Source: a virus
Reading direction: 5' to 3' (one strand)
Virus record (IMG/VR): IMGVR_UViG_3300045988_042432
Length of the DNA: 64,000 bases
This document shows positions 14,528 to 24,305 of this stretch, piece after piece (the stretch's first letter is position 1; each line of letters begins with the position of its first letter). The notes beneath the pieces were generated by a model that saw only the letters and a list, made by a program, of their open reading frames with translations, had not been told where the DNA came from and made no database searches. Position numbers and translations under genes: made by a program.

Positions 14528-14797
14528 ATGCAGAGGTTTAAATATGAAGACAATGAATTACTACCCATTTTACAGGCAGGAGACCTTATCACTGTAAACG
14601 GTAGTCCGGTGGAAATCGTTGACAGTGGTTGCGCGTGCTTTGGCTGTTACTTTAAAGCCAGTGGCTGTACTATGGAGTGTAGATGTCCACTTGACGGAGA
14701 CTTGATATTTCGAAAGGTGGAAAAGAAGATTAAACAAGATGAGAGGGTTGAGCAAACTAAAAGCGTGGCTAAAGAGGAAGGGGTTTACTTCTACTAA
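14528..14797 (+). CDS. Cys-rich hypothetical protein
   Basis: ATG at 14528. SGCACFGCYFKASGCTMECRC cluster. Confidence 0.55.
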   Translation: MQRFKYEDNELLPILQAGDLITVNGSPVEIVDSGCACFGCYFKASGCTMECRCPLDGDLIFRKVEKKIKQDERVEQTKSVAKEEGVYFY

Positions 14798-15215
14798 TTA
14801 TAAGGGAGATTCGGAGTACTATACATTAAATGGATTCTCTGCTACTGTGAGATTAGCAGACCATGTAGGAAGAGAAGGAACTGAGACTGATAAATATATA
14901 AATATCATTCCAGACGGGGTTGATAGATATGTATTTATTTATGACAGAATATCTACTTCTATGAGTCATAAGGAACTTATTAAGGCACTAGATGCTTTAA
15001 TATATCTACATGGTAAGATTCCCAAGTATTTCGAGAACAGAGACCTTATTAAGAAGAGATATGAAGATGCTGTTTCCAGCGTCCAATCCCATTTAGCCAG
15101 AAGGACGGTAGACCAACGAGCAGTGTTGGTTAAGGGTGTTAGTACCTTAGAACCCGTCATACTCGAGTTGCAGAAACTATGTTGTCAATTTAGAGTAGAG
15201 AAAGAGAAATTGTGA
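14739..15215 (+). CDS. hypothetical protein
   Basis: 158-aa ORF. No motif recognised. Confidence 0.65.
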   Translation: MRGLSKLKAWLKRKGFTSTNYKGDSEYYTLNGFSATVRLADHVGREGTETDKYINIIPDGVDRYVFIYDRISTSMSHKELIKALDALIYLHGKIPKYFENRDLIKKRYEDAVSSVQSHLARRTVDQRAVLVKGVSTLEPVILELQKLCCQFRVEKEKL

Positions 15216-15424
15216 TTGTAATATTAATAGTGCTCGCACTGTATGGTGTGTCTTACTTACTAAACATTGTACTGAACTACATGCTTGCATACTACGACTT
15301 GGATGAAGAATACTTCTGGGAAGTCGTAGAGGAGGATGTAGGTTGGTGGATGACATGTCCAGTCATATCACCATTCTTATACTTATGGCTAATAGGTAAG
15401 GTATTAGAAGAACAATCAGATTAA
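15212..15424 (+). CDS. small membrane protein
   Basis: N-terminal TM IVILIVLALYGVSYLL and a second hydrophobic segment. Confidence 0.55.
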   Translation: MIVILIVLALYGVSYLLNIVLNYMLAYYDLDEEYFWEVVEEDVGWWMTCPVISPFLYLWLIGKVLEEQSD

Positions 15425-15453
15425 ACTAATACTAACTTTACGGATAATCAAGT

Positions 15454-15726
15454 ATGATTATTGAAGAAGCTGACTTTAGAATGGAATCTGTAGGTGACAA
15501 TTTACACTTCTGGGACCTATCTGTACTAAAAACTATTAAATCCAAGGACGGAGAACGTCAGGAGTTTAAAGTAATTGGTTATGGACTTCCCATATCTGCA
15601 TGTCTTCAAAGAATAGCAGATTACAGAATAGAGTGTAAACACCCAGATGCCATGTCTCTGAAAGAATATATTCAAGATTACAAACAAGAAGTAACTAGAT
15701 TAGAAGAGTTAACTAAAGGAATTTAA
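15454..15726 (+). CDS. hypothetical protein
   Basis: 90-aa ORF. Confidence 0.6.
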   Translation: MIIEEADFRMESVGDNLHFWDLSVLKTIKSKDGERQEFKVIGYGLPISACLQRIADYRIECKHPDAMSLKEYIQDYKQEVTRLEELTKGI

Positions 15727-15729
15727 GCT

Positions 15730-15906
15730 ATGGCTTCACGTAAGAAAGGTACGGCACCTCATAAGCCGAAGAAGGTGTATGAATCTGTTAAGTTAATGAA
15801 TTGTGCAAGGTGTGGTAGGGATACTACTCACACGCTGTTCGATTATGACAACAGGCTTTACAAATGTAATGTCTGTGGGACAGTTTATACTAAACGTGGT
15901 AAATAA
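15730..15906 (+). CDS. small Zn-ribbon protein (58 aa)
   Basis: CARCG...CNVCG pair. ATG at 15730, TAA at 15904-15906. Confidence 0.5.
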   Translation: MASRKKGTAPHKPKKVYESVKLMNCARCGRDTTHTLFDYDNRLYKCNVCGTVYTKRGK

Positions 15907-15936
15907 CTAATATTTAACTCATTAAACTTATCAGTA

Positions 15937-16395
15937 ATGAAGAAGGAAACTATCAAAGAGACTCCGGAAGAGAGATTCAAAAGACTAAGAATCAAGGATT
16001 TGACCGATGATGCTTTCATGGTGGCAGAACATTTAAGACAGCCATCTGTAACACCACGTGACCCAAGTGTGTGGAGTAAAACTCCTAAAGAACGTAAGTT
16101 GTGGAAACGTTATAGACGATTCCCTGCTCCGAGCTATCAATGGCCGGCTCCTGCTAAATCTATTCCTATTCCTGGAACTCTGGTCGTGTATGTAAAGGGT
16201 GGTAACTTTACTACTGGTAAAATGAATCCAAAGACCAACAAACCTATACCAAAGAACACATTTAGCCATAAATGTATTCAATCTGACATCCCTTTCTTAT
16301 TAAGTAAATATAAGACAGAGAAGTCCCAGGTTACTAAATATTCTTGGAATGGCAAAACCTACGCCCCCGACTGTCTACCATTCTGGGGACGTTAA
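15937..16395 (+). CDS. hypothetical basic protein
   Basis: 152-aa ORF, K/R/P-rich. Confidence 0.6.
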   Translation: MKKETIKETPEERFKRLRIKDLTDDAFMVAEHLRQPSVTPRDPSVWSKTPKERKLWKRYRRFPAPSYQWPAPAKSIPIPGTLVVYVKGGNFTTGKMNPKTNKPIPKNTFSHKCIQSDIPFLLSKYKTEKSQVTKYSWNGKTYAPDCLPFWGR

Positions 16396-16693
16396 ACTAA
16401 CAGCGTACCCTTCCTTTCTATATGAAGTACAACTGTACCTCATTAGGAAGGATAGGGTAGAATGTGTAGGTTCTAAGTTCTATACTACTGATAAGCCTAT
16501 TAAGGTAAGGGAATCGCAGTTTATTAAAGTCGACGATGAGATTACATGTGCTAAGTATATTACTTGGCTAGCAGCTCCCCTAGATTATTTAATGAACAAC
16601 AATTTTAAAGTGTTAGAACGTGAGAATGCTAGACAAAGACGGAAATCCAATACAGGAGAAGACAAGCGAAGGAGTTCAAACCGTAGGCGCTGA
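16349..16693 (+). CDS. hypothetical protein with basic tail
   Basis: 114-aa ORF overlapping the upstream gene by 47 nt. Start uncertain. Confidence 0.45.
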   Translation: MAKPTPPTVYHSGDVKLTAYPSFLYEVQLYLIRKDRVECVGSKFYTTDKPIKVRESQFIKVDDEITCAKYITWLAAPLDYLMNNNFKVLERENARQRRKSNTGEDKRRSSNRRR

Positions 16694-16700
16694 ACCTACT

Positions 16701-17261
16701 ATGAAGTATACAGAGCAGGTGATTGATAAGTCTAGACGTGTTTGCCCACTATCAACTGTAATGGTTGAGATGTTGGTAAAACAGATGTCAGCCGAACTTG
16801 CCAACCATGCTCTGTATATGACCTTTGCCAATTACTTTGAAGTAGAGGGTTTGCCAAAGCTAGGTATTTACTGGAGAGGTCGTGCTAAAGAAGAATATTT
16901 GCATCATTCTTGGATATTTGAATATTTAACCACTAACGATGCTCTGTTCCAATATCCGCCTGTTCCAGCCATTAATGTTGAAATCACTGATAGAGTCATG
17001 CCCTTTGCTGCCACAGTAGATAGGGAGATTGAGACTACTCGTGGTATTAATAAGATTGTAGACCAAGCTCAAAAAGAGAGTGATTGGGCTACATTCCAAT
17101 GGTTGAATGGAGAGGATGAGGATGAAGGTATGTTAGTTAAAGAGCAAGTAGAAGAAGAATCTATTAGTCGTACTATTCTTGATATGGCTAAAGAACAGGC
17201 TACTTGGCTTCGTAAAGAGAATGCAATACTTGATTTCTATAATGGTCTAGGTCGCAAGTAA
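16701..17261 (+). CDS. ferritin-like protein
   Basis: Aligns by eye to bacterial FtnA. LVKQMSAELANHALYMTFANYF, RAKEEYLHHSWIFEYL and FQWLNG...EQVEEE correspond to the ferroxidase-site helices. Confidence 0.65.
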   Translation: MKYTEQVIDKSRRVCPLSTVMVEMLVKQMSAELANHALYMTFANYFEVEGLPKLGIYWRGRAKEEYLHHSWIFEYLTTNDALFQYPPVPAINVEITDRVMPFAATVDREIETTRGINKIVDQAQKESDWATFQWLNGEDEDEGMLVKEQVEEESISRTILDMAKEQATWLRKENAILDFYNGLGRK

Positions 17262-17325
17262 TTGCCTATAATCAGATTAACTTATCTAGAGAGATTACAT
17301 TTAGAAACATTTAATCTACAAGTTT

Positions 17326-17853
17326 ATGAAAGAAAGAGTTGAGTATAGAGTTGACAGTTTTGTTGATTTTACTGGCATGGAACGTAAGTTCGTAATGGTT
17401 GCATTGTCACAAGAAGTATGTGCTGAAATTGACCCAGATACAGAGAACTGGGATGAAGATGCACTCTTAAGTGATAAATGTCTGTCTATTGGCGTATCTG
17501 TATGTCAACCAGAAGATGAGTTTGATGAGAATATGGGAGTTCAAATAGCTCTTGGTAAAGCTCGTAAACTACATAATCATGCTCTGTACAGTACTGACCC
17601 CGGATTGATTAACCGTGGTGTAGTTAATGCTCTTCTTGACCAGGAAGTAGCATTCTTCAAACAATGCCCTGGCAAGTATCTGAAAGGATATGATACAGCT
17701 AAGGCTATCTATGAAGAAGGACGTAAAATGGTTGAACTAGAAGCATCACTATCTGATGAAGAACGTACATGCTTGGATACCTTATTAACTTCTAAGAATG
17801 ATAGAGTGGATGTTATCTATGATATCTATAACTACTATCAGTCTCAGAAATGA
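17326..17853 (+). CDS. hypothetical protein
   Basis: 175-aa ORF. Confidence 0.7.
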   Translation: MKERVEYRVDSFVDFTGMERKFVMVALSQEVCAEIDPDTENWDEDALLSDKCLSIGVSVCQPEDEFDENMGVQIALGKARKLHNHALYSTDPGLINRGVVNALLDQEVAFFKQCPGKYLKGYDTAKAIYEEGRKMVELEASLSDEERTCLDTLLTSKNDRVDVIYDIYNYYQSQK

Positions 17854-18167
17854 AATTTAAGGATGCTTTCGTTGGAGGTGTGATTGCTGCTGCTATATGC
17901 CTTGGTATAGCATGGGCTTGCAAGGATAGAAACACAGTAGTTATTCCTGACAACACTAAATATGAGCAAGCTATAGACTCGCTCAATAAGGAAGTAAGGA
18001 AGTTAGAAATTACTAACGACAGTCTAATTAGTGTCATTACCAATTCTAAAGGTAAGATAGACACTATTAATAATTGGTATGAAAAGGAGCTTATTGATAT
18101 TACTAATCAGTCTATTGCCGCTGATGCATCTTTCTTCGCAGAATATGTATCCCAAGCTGGTAGATGA
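17850..18167 (+). CDS. N-terminally anchored coiled-coil membrane protein
   Basis: TM GGVIAAAICLGIAWA followed by a coiled-coil-like region. Confidence 0.6.
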   Translation: MKFKDAFVGGVIAAAICLGIAWACKDRNTVVIPDNTKYEQAIDSLNKEVRKLEITNDSLISVITNSKGKIDTINNWYEKELIDITNQSIAADASFFAEYVSQAGR

Positions 18168-18492
18168 CTCTTTAGTTGTGATTACTCCACAGCAATTAAA
18201 GGCTAGTAACCTTATATTTCTGGAGCATAAGAAGCTTAAGCTAGAGAGGTTTGAACTCAATAAACAGCTTACATCTTATGAATTACTAACTGCTAACTAT
18301 GCTAAAACTGATAGTATAAGACTTCAACAACTAGCACGAGCAGAATTGCAAATGCAGATGTATGATGAAGCTATTAGTAAGCAACGGGAGCAGATAGCTA
18401 AGATGAACAAAAAGAACAAGAGATTAACTACATTGTCAATAGGAGGATTTGCTATCAGTGTAGGCTTATTATTAGCCTTACTGATTAAATAG
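18145..18492 (+). CDS. coiled-coil protein with C-terminal TM
   Basis: Overlaps the previous gene in another frame. C-terminal TM LSIGGFAISVGLLLALLI. Start uncertain (18079, 18124 or 18145). Confidence 0.5.
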   Translation: MYPKLVDDSLVVITPQQLKASNLIFLEHKKLKLERFELNKQLTSYELLTANYAKTDSIRLQQLARAELQMQMYDEAISKQREQIAKMNKKNKRLTTLSIGGFAISVGLLLALLIK

Positions 18493-18521
18493 CAAATTCT
18501 TGGCAAACTACTATTCGGAAC

Positions 18522-18728
18522 ATGGCGAACAAACTATCTGACAGTTTTGATAAGGACAGAGATGGAGTAAAGTACAAATACCCCGAGAGAACTTGCAAAG
18601 ACTGTTCTAGATATCCCTGTTTCAGCGGTATTGAGCGCAGTGTTTGTGATTTCGCCAAGTATGGTTGTGTGCATTATAAAGACGGTGGGGTTAATAAACG
18701 ACAAAATGAGCTGGTGGGCTCGGAATGA
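18522..18728 (+). CDS. Cys-rich small protein
   Basis: CKDCSRYPC...CDFAKYGC. Confidence 0.55.
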   Translation: MANKLSDSFDKDRDGVKYKYPERTCKDCSRYPCFSGIERSVCDFAKYGCVHYKDGGVNKRQNELVGSE

Positions 18729-19030
18729 TGATTCAATATACCATACGCGTTGAATTACTAGCTAGTAAGGAAGATGCTGGTGGTTATATAGTCTATGCAT
18801 TCAAAGATTTGTCAAACGGCACATATAAAATGTGTACCCGATGTCCTAACTGGGAAGGTCCATTCTTAAGAGTTGGTGACATCGGGTATTTGAAGTGTAA
18901 GGAAGTATATGCAGGGGAAGACACATGGTATAATCCCATCACTGACTCCTTTGAGAAGTATAAATATACCGATATATATTTCGAAGACTTTGTTTATGAG
19001 AAACCACCAGAAGGTGAGATTATACTGTAA
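18725..19030 (+). CDS. hypothetical protein
   Basis: 101-aa ORF with an ATGA overlap to the upstream gene. Confidence 0.6.
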   Translation: MMIQYTIRVELLASKEDAGGYIVYAFKDLSNGTYKMCTRCPNWEGPFLRVGDIGYLKCKEVYAGEDTWYNPITDSFEKYKYTDIYFEDFVYEKPPEGEIIL

Positions 19031-19086
19031 AAGATTATCTAAATTAACGAGATTAGACCATTATCTAAAATTAATATGATATATCT

Positions 19087-19929
19087 ATGTTCAGAGAGAA
19101 ATTGGCATCAGCTATCGATAGAAAGAATAATGACATCAACTCTTTCATTTGGAAGGGTCGTAAGCAAGAAGTAAATGGAGCTTTAGTACAAGAGGAGAAA
19201 CGCTTGGTTGATTGTACTGAAGAAGAACTTCGTAATTTCTATGCACATTGTGATTCTATGCTCTATAATACTAACAAGGACTATCCTGGTCGTTATGTTC
19301 TATTGGACATTATTAAAGACCAGCGTCAGCGTTGTAACGCAGAATTGTTCTTGCGCTGGTTAGAACAGGAGCAGCATATGCCAAGGTTTAAGTTCCTAGA
19401 GGCGTTAGTCTCTTTCTTGGATATTAATAAGGACGGTATAGACCCGAAAGAGTATCCAATTGAAGGAACTATGTGCGGCTGTCCTAAAGAGTTTGGAGAC
19501 ATTCCAACAGAGACAGTACGCGAAGGTTGTTTGGACAGACTGGGAAAGTTCAACAAACAACACATTACTCTTACATTTATTCTCAAGCAAGGTCTATGGT
19601 TCACTGCTCAAGAGAGCAAGGACTTAGTGGAGAAAGACCCTAAGACAGGTCAGATAAGAGATAAGATTGAAGTGGCGAAGGAAAGACTAGGTCTGAAGCC
19701 CACAATGCCTCTTTATGTTACTCCTAAAGGACTTAGCTATTCACAGCTTCGTTCTATGGTTAATTTGAAGAGTAAGAAGTATACAGAACTAACTACTGAC
19801 CAATTAAAGGTTCTTAGAAATAGAATCTTGTATTCTTTGGAAGATGAAGTGAAGTTCCATATATCTCAGTGGGAAACTCGCAAGAACCAAATTAAATTAG
19901 TATGTGATGCTAAAGGCTATACTTTATAA
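19087..19929 (+). CDS. hypothetical protein
   Basis: 280-aa ORF. Confidence 0.7.
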   Translation: MFREKLASAIDRKNNDINSFIWKGRKQEVNGALVQEEKRLVDCTEEELRNFYAHCDSMLYNTNKDYPGRYVLLDIIKDQRQRCNAELFLRWLEQEQHMPRFKFLEALVSFLDINKDGIDPKEYPIEGTMCGCPKEFGDIPTETVREGCLDRLGKFNKQHITLTFILKQGLWFTAQESKDLVEKDPKTGQIRDKIEVAKERLGLKPTMPLYVTPKGLSYSQLRSMVNLKSKKYTELTTDQLKVLRNRILYSLEDEVKFHISQWETRKNQIKLVCDAKGYTL

Positions 19930-20083
19930 TGTACTCTGGATGCTGACCACAGTTAATCCAGATTACTATGTAGTAGGTATAAGCTGCTTAACGTAACTTG
20001 TGAGAATTTACTAATATTAAATAACAGGGTTCAAGGTAATAGATTCAAAATGAGTTATTAATTAAGGGCTTAGCCTATAACAA

Positions 20084-21358
20084 GTGGCAGACTTATTCGG
20101 AAACGTAAGCAGAGATGAACGCCAAGCAATTGGTGTTCAACGTTGGGTAGATAATAAGTTGCGTGGTTCTTTAGTCTATTGTACCGGTTTCGGTAAGACT
20201 AGAACTGCCATTATGTGTATGAAAAGATTCTTGGCTAAGAATCCTGGTAGAAGAATTATAATAGTAGTACCTACTGATGCACTACAGAGACAATGGCTTA
20301 GTGATTTAACAGAGCAGCAAGTCCCAATGGTGTACGAGGTACTAATAATAAACTCTGTTGTGAAACATGAGTGGACATGTGATTTGCTAGTACTTGATGA
20401 ATGTCATAAATATGCTTCCGACTTGTTTGGAAAGGTATTTGAAGTAGTCAAGTATAAAATAATTCTAGGTTTAACTGCAACTATGGAACGACTAGACGGT
20501 AAGGATAGTTATATCAAGAAGTATTGTCCAGTAGTTGATAGAGTAGATGTTAGTGAAGCTACTGCTAGAGGCTGGCTATCTCCTTACAGAGAATACAAAG
20601 TCATGGTAGAAGTAGACAATCTAGACAAATACTATGAGTTAAATAGAGAGTTTTATGAGCATTTTGCTTTCTTCGGTCATGATTTTACACTTGCTATGGC
20701 TTGTGCTACTAAATGGCAGAAGAGAATTGAGCTAGCTAAAACTATGCTTCCCGACTTTGACAAGAAACCAGATGAATGGAAAGCTCTTAATAAGACCATT
20801 CTAATTCATGCTATGGGTTTCAATAGGACTTTACAGGCAAGGAAGAAGTTCATTTATGAACATCCTAAAAAGATAGAACTTACAAATATGATACTTGAGC
20901 ATAGGCAAGACAAGAAATGTATTACTTTTAGTAAGACAATCAAGATTGCCGAACAAATCAAGTATGGTAAGGTACTATCTAGTAAGGAAACTAAGAAGAA
21001 GGGAAGGATGACTTTAGAGGAGTTTAAATCAGCATCTGTGGGAGTACTTAATACTTCTAAGATGTTAGATGAAGGAGCTGACATACCAGGACTGTCAGTA
21101 GCCGTTATTCTTGGATATGATTCCAGTCCTACGTCTAAGACGCAGAGAATAGGTAGAGTTATTAGAAAGGCAGAGAATAAAGTAGCGGAAGTCTTTACTT
21201 TAGTAATCAAGGGAACTGTTGAAGAAGAATGGTTTCGCAAGAGTACTGGTAGTAAGGATTATATCACTATAGCCGATTCTGATTTATTAAATCTACTAGA
21301 AGGGCGAGAATTTACTCCTAAGAAGAACAAAGAAACTAAAATGATATTTAGGTTCTAA
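20084..21358 (+). CDS. SF2 DEAD/DEAH-box DNA helicase
   Basis: Motif I CTGFGKT, motif II LVLDECH, motif III TATMER, motif VI QRIGRVIR. GTG start. Confidence 0.85.
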   Translation: MADLFGNVSRDERQAIGVQRWVDNKLRGSLVYCTGFGKTRTAIMCMKRFLAKNPGRRIIIVVPTDALQRQWLSDLTEQQVPMVYEVLIINSVVKHEWTCDLLVLDECHKYASDLFGKVFEVVKYKIILGLTATMERLDGKDSYIKKYCPVVDRVDVSEATARGWLSPYREYKVMVEVDNLDKYYELNREFYEHFAFFGHDFTLAMACATKWQKRIELAKTMLPDFDKKPDEWKALNKTILIHAMGFNRTLQARKKFIYEHPKKIELTNMILEHRQDKKCITFSKTIKIAEQIKYGKVLSSKETKKKGRMTLEEFKSASVGVLNTSKMLDEGADIPGLSVAVILGYDSSPTSKTQRIGRVIRKAENKVAEVFTLVIKGTVEEEWFRKSTGSKDYITIADSDLLNLLEGREFTPKKNKETKMIFRF

Positions 21359-21558
21359 TGTTTAGAGTGTTATATTGCAACATAGGTGCTGAAGGGCAGC
21401 CTGATAGAACTTCAACAGTATCTACTGATGTTGATGCTGTTAAGCTATTAGAGCTGTTAGAGAAGCATTCAGAGCATCGTATTTGCATGATGTCTGTGCA
21501 TTTAGAGCGTAGCCCTCTAGATGTGCAAAGTCTTATTACGAGCCTGAAATTTAAGTAG
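21358..21558 (+). CDS. hypothetical protein
   Basis: 66-aa ORF with a TAATG overlap. Confidence 0.5.
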   Translation: MFRVLYCNIGAEGQPDRTSTVSTDVDAVKLLELLEKHSEHRICMMSVHLERSPLDVQSLITSLKFK

Positions 21559-21564
21559 ATTCGT

Positions 21565-21595
21565 TTTGAAATGTAACAAGATTATCGTATCTTTG
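21565..21595 (+). promoter_or_regulatory. Bacteroidota-type promoter TTTG-N19-TATCTTTG
   Basis: -33 TTTG at 21565-21568 and -7 TATCTTTG at 21588-21595, upstream of the ATG at 21619. Confidence 0.6.
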
Positions 21596-21618
21596 TAATC
21601 CTTAACGGTCAAAATTAC

Positions 21619-21843
21619 ATGACAACTGAAAGATTGCTTGAACTTGTAATGCTTACTAACACGTTTGATAGTATCATTCATGCTAGTGGTGTCAACGAAA
21701 ACGGTGAAATTGAATTTGAAGGTGGAATCTATGACGTCAAGGCTATGGTAGCAAGGCAGACAGAACTCTTTAAAGAGTTTATAGCTCCTTACGAAGTAGC
21801 AGGCGAAGCTTATGTGATTGAGGACACTGAGAAATCAGAATAA
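21619..21843 (+). CDS. hypothetical acidic protein
   Basis: 74-aa ORF. Confidence 0.6.
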   Translation: MTTERLLELVMLTNTFDSIIHASGVNENGEIEFEGGIYDVKAMVARQTELFKEFIAPYEVAGEAYVIEDTEKSE

Positions 21844-21896
21844 CAAAGTATCACAGCTGATAGATTAGTAAGTTATTTACTTATTAATCAATACGC

Positions 21897-22520
21897 TTGG
21901 AGAAATTAAGTTTAACAATAGAGAATCAGTTGTTAATAATGGAGCAGTATAGGCTTACTGCTGAGGAGTTGTTAATGATTGAGTTGCTATTCTTGGCACA
22001 ACCAGAAGAGGGACATAAAGACTCCCTCATCCGATATCTGGGAATGCCAATAACTAAAACCCGCCTTAGAGACGTATTATTAAGTCTACAGGTGAAGGGA
22101 GTCATTACTAAGAAGTATAAAATTCCCGCAGAGGGTCAGACGTTTGACCCTGAATCTGTAATCTTTAATGAAAACTTCATTAAGAATTATAGAAAGTATT
22201 CCGGAGACCTGGGAGGAGAGTTCTGGGAAGCATACCCAGATATTGTCATTATTAATGGTAGGGAGTATAGTTTAAAGAACTGGTCTAAGAAGTTTAACAC
22301 TTTGGAAGATATGTTCTTTAGATATGGCAAGAATATAGGATGGAAACTTGAGAATCATAAAAGGGTGATAGAGTTAGTCAATTGGGCTAAACAGAACAAA
22401 TGTAATCTGATAAATGTCAACATTGCTGACTTTATAATGTCTAAGGCTTGGGAAGGCATCGAGAAGTTTAAAGATGGAACATATGAAGAATTAGTGTTTG
22501 ATACTATGACGGAACTATGA
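21897..22520 (+). CDS. hypothetical protein (possible helicase-associated/loader by position)
   Basis: 207-aa ORF immediately upstream of, and overlapping, the DnaB-like gene. TTG start, or ATG at 21939. Confidence 0.6.
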   Translation: MEKLSLTIENQLLIMEQYRLTAEELLMIELLFLAQPEEGHKDSLIRYLGMPITKTRLRDVLLSLQVKGVITKKYKIPAEGQTFDPESVIFNENFIKNYRKYSGDLGGEFWEAYPDIVIINGREYSLKNWSKKFNTLEDMFFRYGKNIGWKLENHKRVIELVNWAKQNKCNLINVNIADFIMSKAWEGIEKFKDGTYEELVFDTMTEL

Positions 22521-23608
22521 CATATACTAGCAGACTAATCGAACTTATCAAAAGAGGCAGAGAAGGTGACAATCAAGGATTATCACTTGGAATGCCTAAG
22601 CTGGAGCATATAATTGACGGATTAACTCAAGAGACCTATTACCTGATTGCCGCAGGAACTGGTAACGGTAAGACTAGTTTCGTGCTTCACTCCTTTATAT
22701 ATAAGGCTCTACTGGACTCTGATTCTGATAAGGATGTTCAGTTTATTATATTCTCTTTGGAGATGAGTGCTGAGCAGTTACTTGCTAAATTGCTCTCTCT
22801 TCATATATATGAGACATATGGTAAACAAATATCTTTTAAAGAGTTATTGTCTAGAGGCAAGGACTCTATACTCTCTGATGAGGATTATGAGTTAGTACAG
22901 GAATGTATTCCATGGCTAGAATCTATAGAGGACAGACTAATAATACATGACGGCACTCTCAATTCAGAGAAGTATAAGTCTCTAATCATAGAGGATTTAA
23001 AGAAATTTGGAACCTTTGTTGATGAAGATACTTATGAACTTAATAATCCGAAACAAATTATCGCAGTAATTACTGACCACTTAGGCTTAGTGAGACCACA
23101 GTTGGGTCGTAGCAAGAAAGAGGAGATTGATACCATATCGGCATATGGTGTCTCATTTAGAAATAAATGTAAGATATCTCCAATCAATATTATGCAGTTC
23201 AATAGAAATGCTAATAATGCAGAACGACTAAAACAAGGCTTGCAAGAACCTGATTTGTCAGATTTAAAAGAGAGTGGTTCTCCGAGTGAGGATGCCAATG
23301 TAGTATTGGTATTATTTAATCCATTTAGAAGCAAATTGTCTACATATAGAGGATATTGCATTAAAGAGCTAAAGGATGGTTTCAGGTCATTATTGGTTCT
23401 TAAGAATAGATTTGGTGCGTCTGACGTAGCCATTGGTGTAGGATTTTATGGTAGGTGTGGTATCTTTAAAGAGCTTCCGTCTGCGTCTGAAATCAATGAT
23501 TATGACAAGTATAAGAATCCAGATTGGACTATTATTGATTTCCCAGACAGGGAAGTCGAGATAGAACGAACTAAGAAAGATGATTTACGCGTAACCATAA
23601 CATTATGA
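22517..23608 (+). CDS. DnaB-like replicative DNA helicase
   Basis: Walker A AAGTGNGKTS, Walker B IAVITDHLGLV, RecA-fold C-terminal domain (LKNRFG). Confidence 0.8.
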   Translation: MTYTSRLIELIKRGREGDNQGLSLGMPKLEHIIDGLTQETYYLIAAGTGNGKTSFVLHSFIYKALLDSDSDKDVQFIIFSLEMSAEQLLAKLLSLHIYETYGKQISFKELLSRGKDSILSDEDYELVQECIPWLESIEDRLIIHDGTLNSEKYKSLIIEDLKKFGTFVDEDTYELNNPKQIIAVITDHLGLVRPQLGRSKKEEIDTISAYGVSFRNKCKISPINIMQFNRNANNAERLKQGLQEPDLSDLKESGSPSEDANVVLVLFNPFRSKLSTYRGYCIKELKDGFRSLLVLKNRFGASDVAIGVGFYGRCGIFKELPSASEINDYDKYKNPDWTIIDFPDREVEIERTKKDDLRVTITL

Positions 23609-23612
23609 TTTA

Positions 23613-24305
23613 ATGAGCCAAATTATAGGACTTGGAGGATTTTCGGGAAGTGGTAAGTCTAGTTCCCTACAGTATTTAAACCCAAAGGAGACATTTATCA
23701 TTAGCTGTACTCCTAAACAATTATCAATTCCAGGATTTAGGAAGAATTACAAGAAACTAACTCAGGACAAAGACAAGAACTATGTTGGAAATTGGTATTT
23801 CAGTAATGAATTTGCCAAAGTGATGAACATCATGAACGTAGTTAATGTTAAAATGCCGGAGATTAAGGTCTTAGTAATTGATGATAGTAATTATCTTCTT
23901 TCACAAGAGGTGATGTCTAGAAGTGCAGAGAAAGGATATGACAAGCATATTGACTTTGCAAAGCACTATTATGATTTAATAATGAAAGCTATGACTCTTA
24001 GAGAGGATTTAATTGTAGTGTTCATATCTCATATTGTAAATGACGGTAACGACTATGACCCTAAATATAAGTTATTTACTACTGGAAAGATGTTGGATAG
24101 GTCTGTTAATATAGATGGACTGTTTAATTATTTGCTGTATGCAGAGAAGATTGTAAATGATGAAGAGGTTGACTATAAATTCAGAACAAGGTCACTTGGT
24201 CCAGATACTTGTAGAAGTACCGCAGGATGTTTCCCTGATTTATATGTTGAACCTAATATGAAGATGGTGATTGACACAATCAATAAATTTGAATACGGAG
24301 AATGA
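23613..24305 (+). CDS. P-loop ATPase (AAA_24/Sak4-like)
   Basis: Walker A GLGGFSGSGKSS and Walker B-like VLVIDD. Confidence 0.6.
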   Translation: MSQIIGLGGFSGSGKSSSLQYLNPKETFIISCTPKQLSIPGFRKNYKKLTQDKDKNYVGNWYFSNEFAKVMNIMNVVNVKMPEIKVLVIDDSNYLLSQEVMSRSAEKGYDKHIDFAKHYYDLIMKAMTLREDLIVVFISHIVNDGNDYDPKYKLFTTGKMLDRSVNIDGLFNYLLYAEKIVNDEEVDYKFRTRSLGPDTCRSTAGCFPDLYVEPNMKMVIDTINKFEYGE

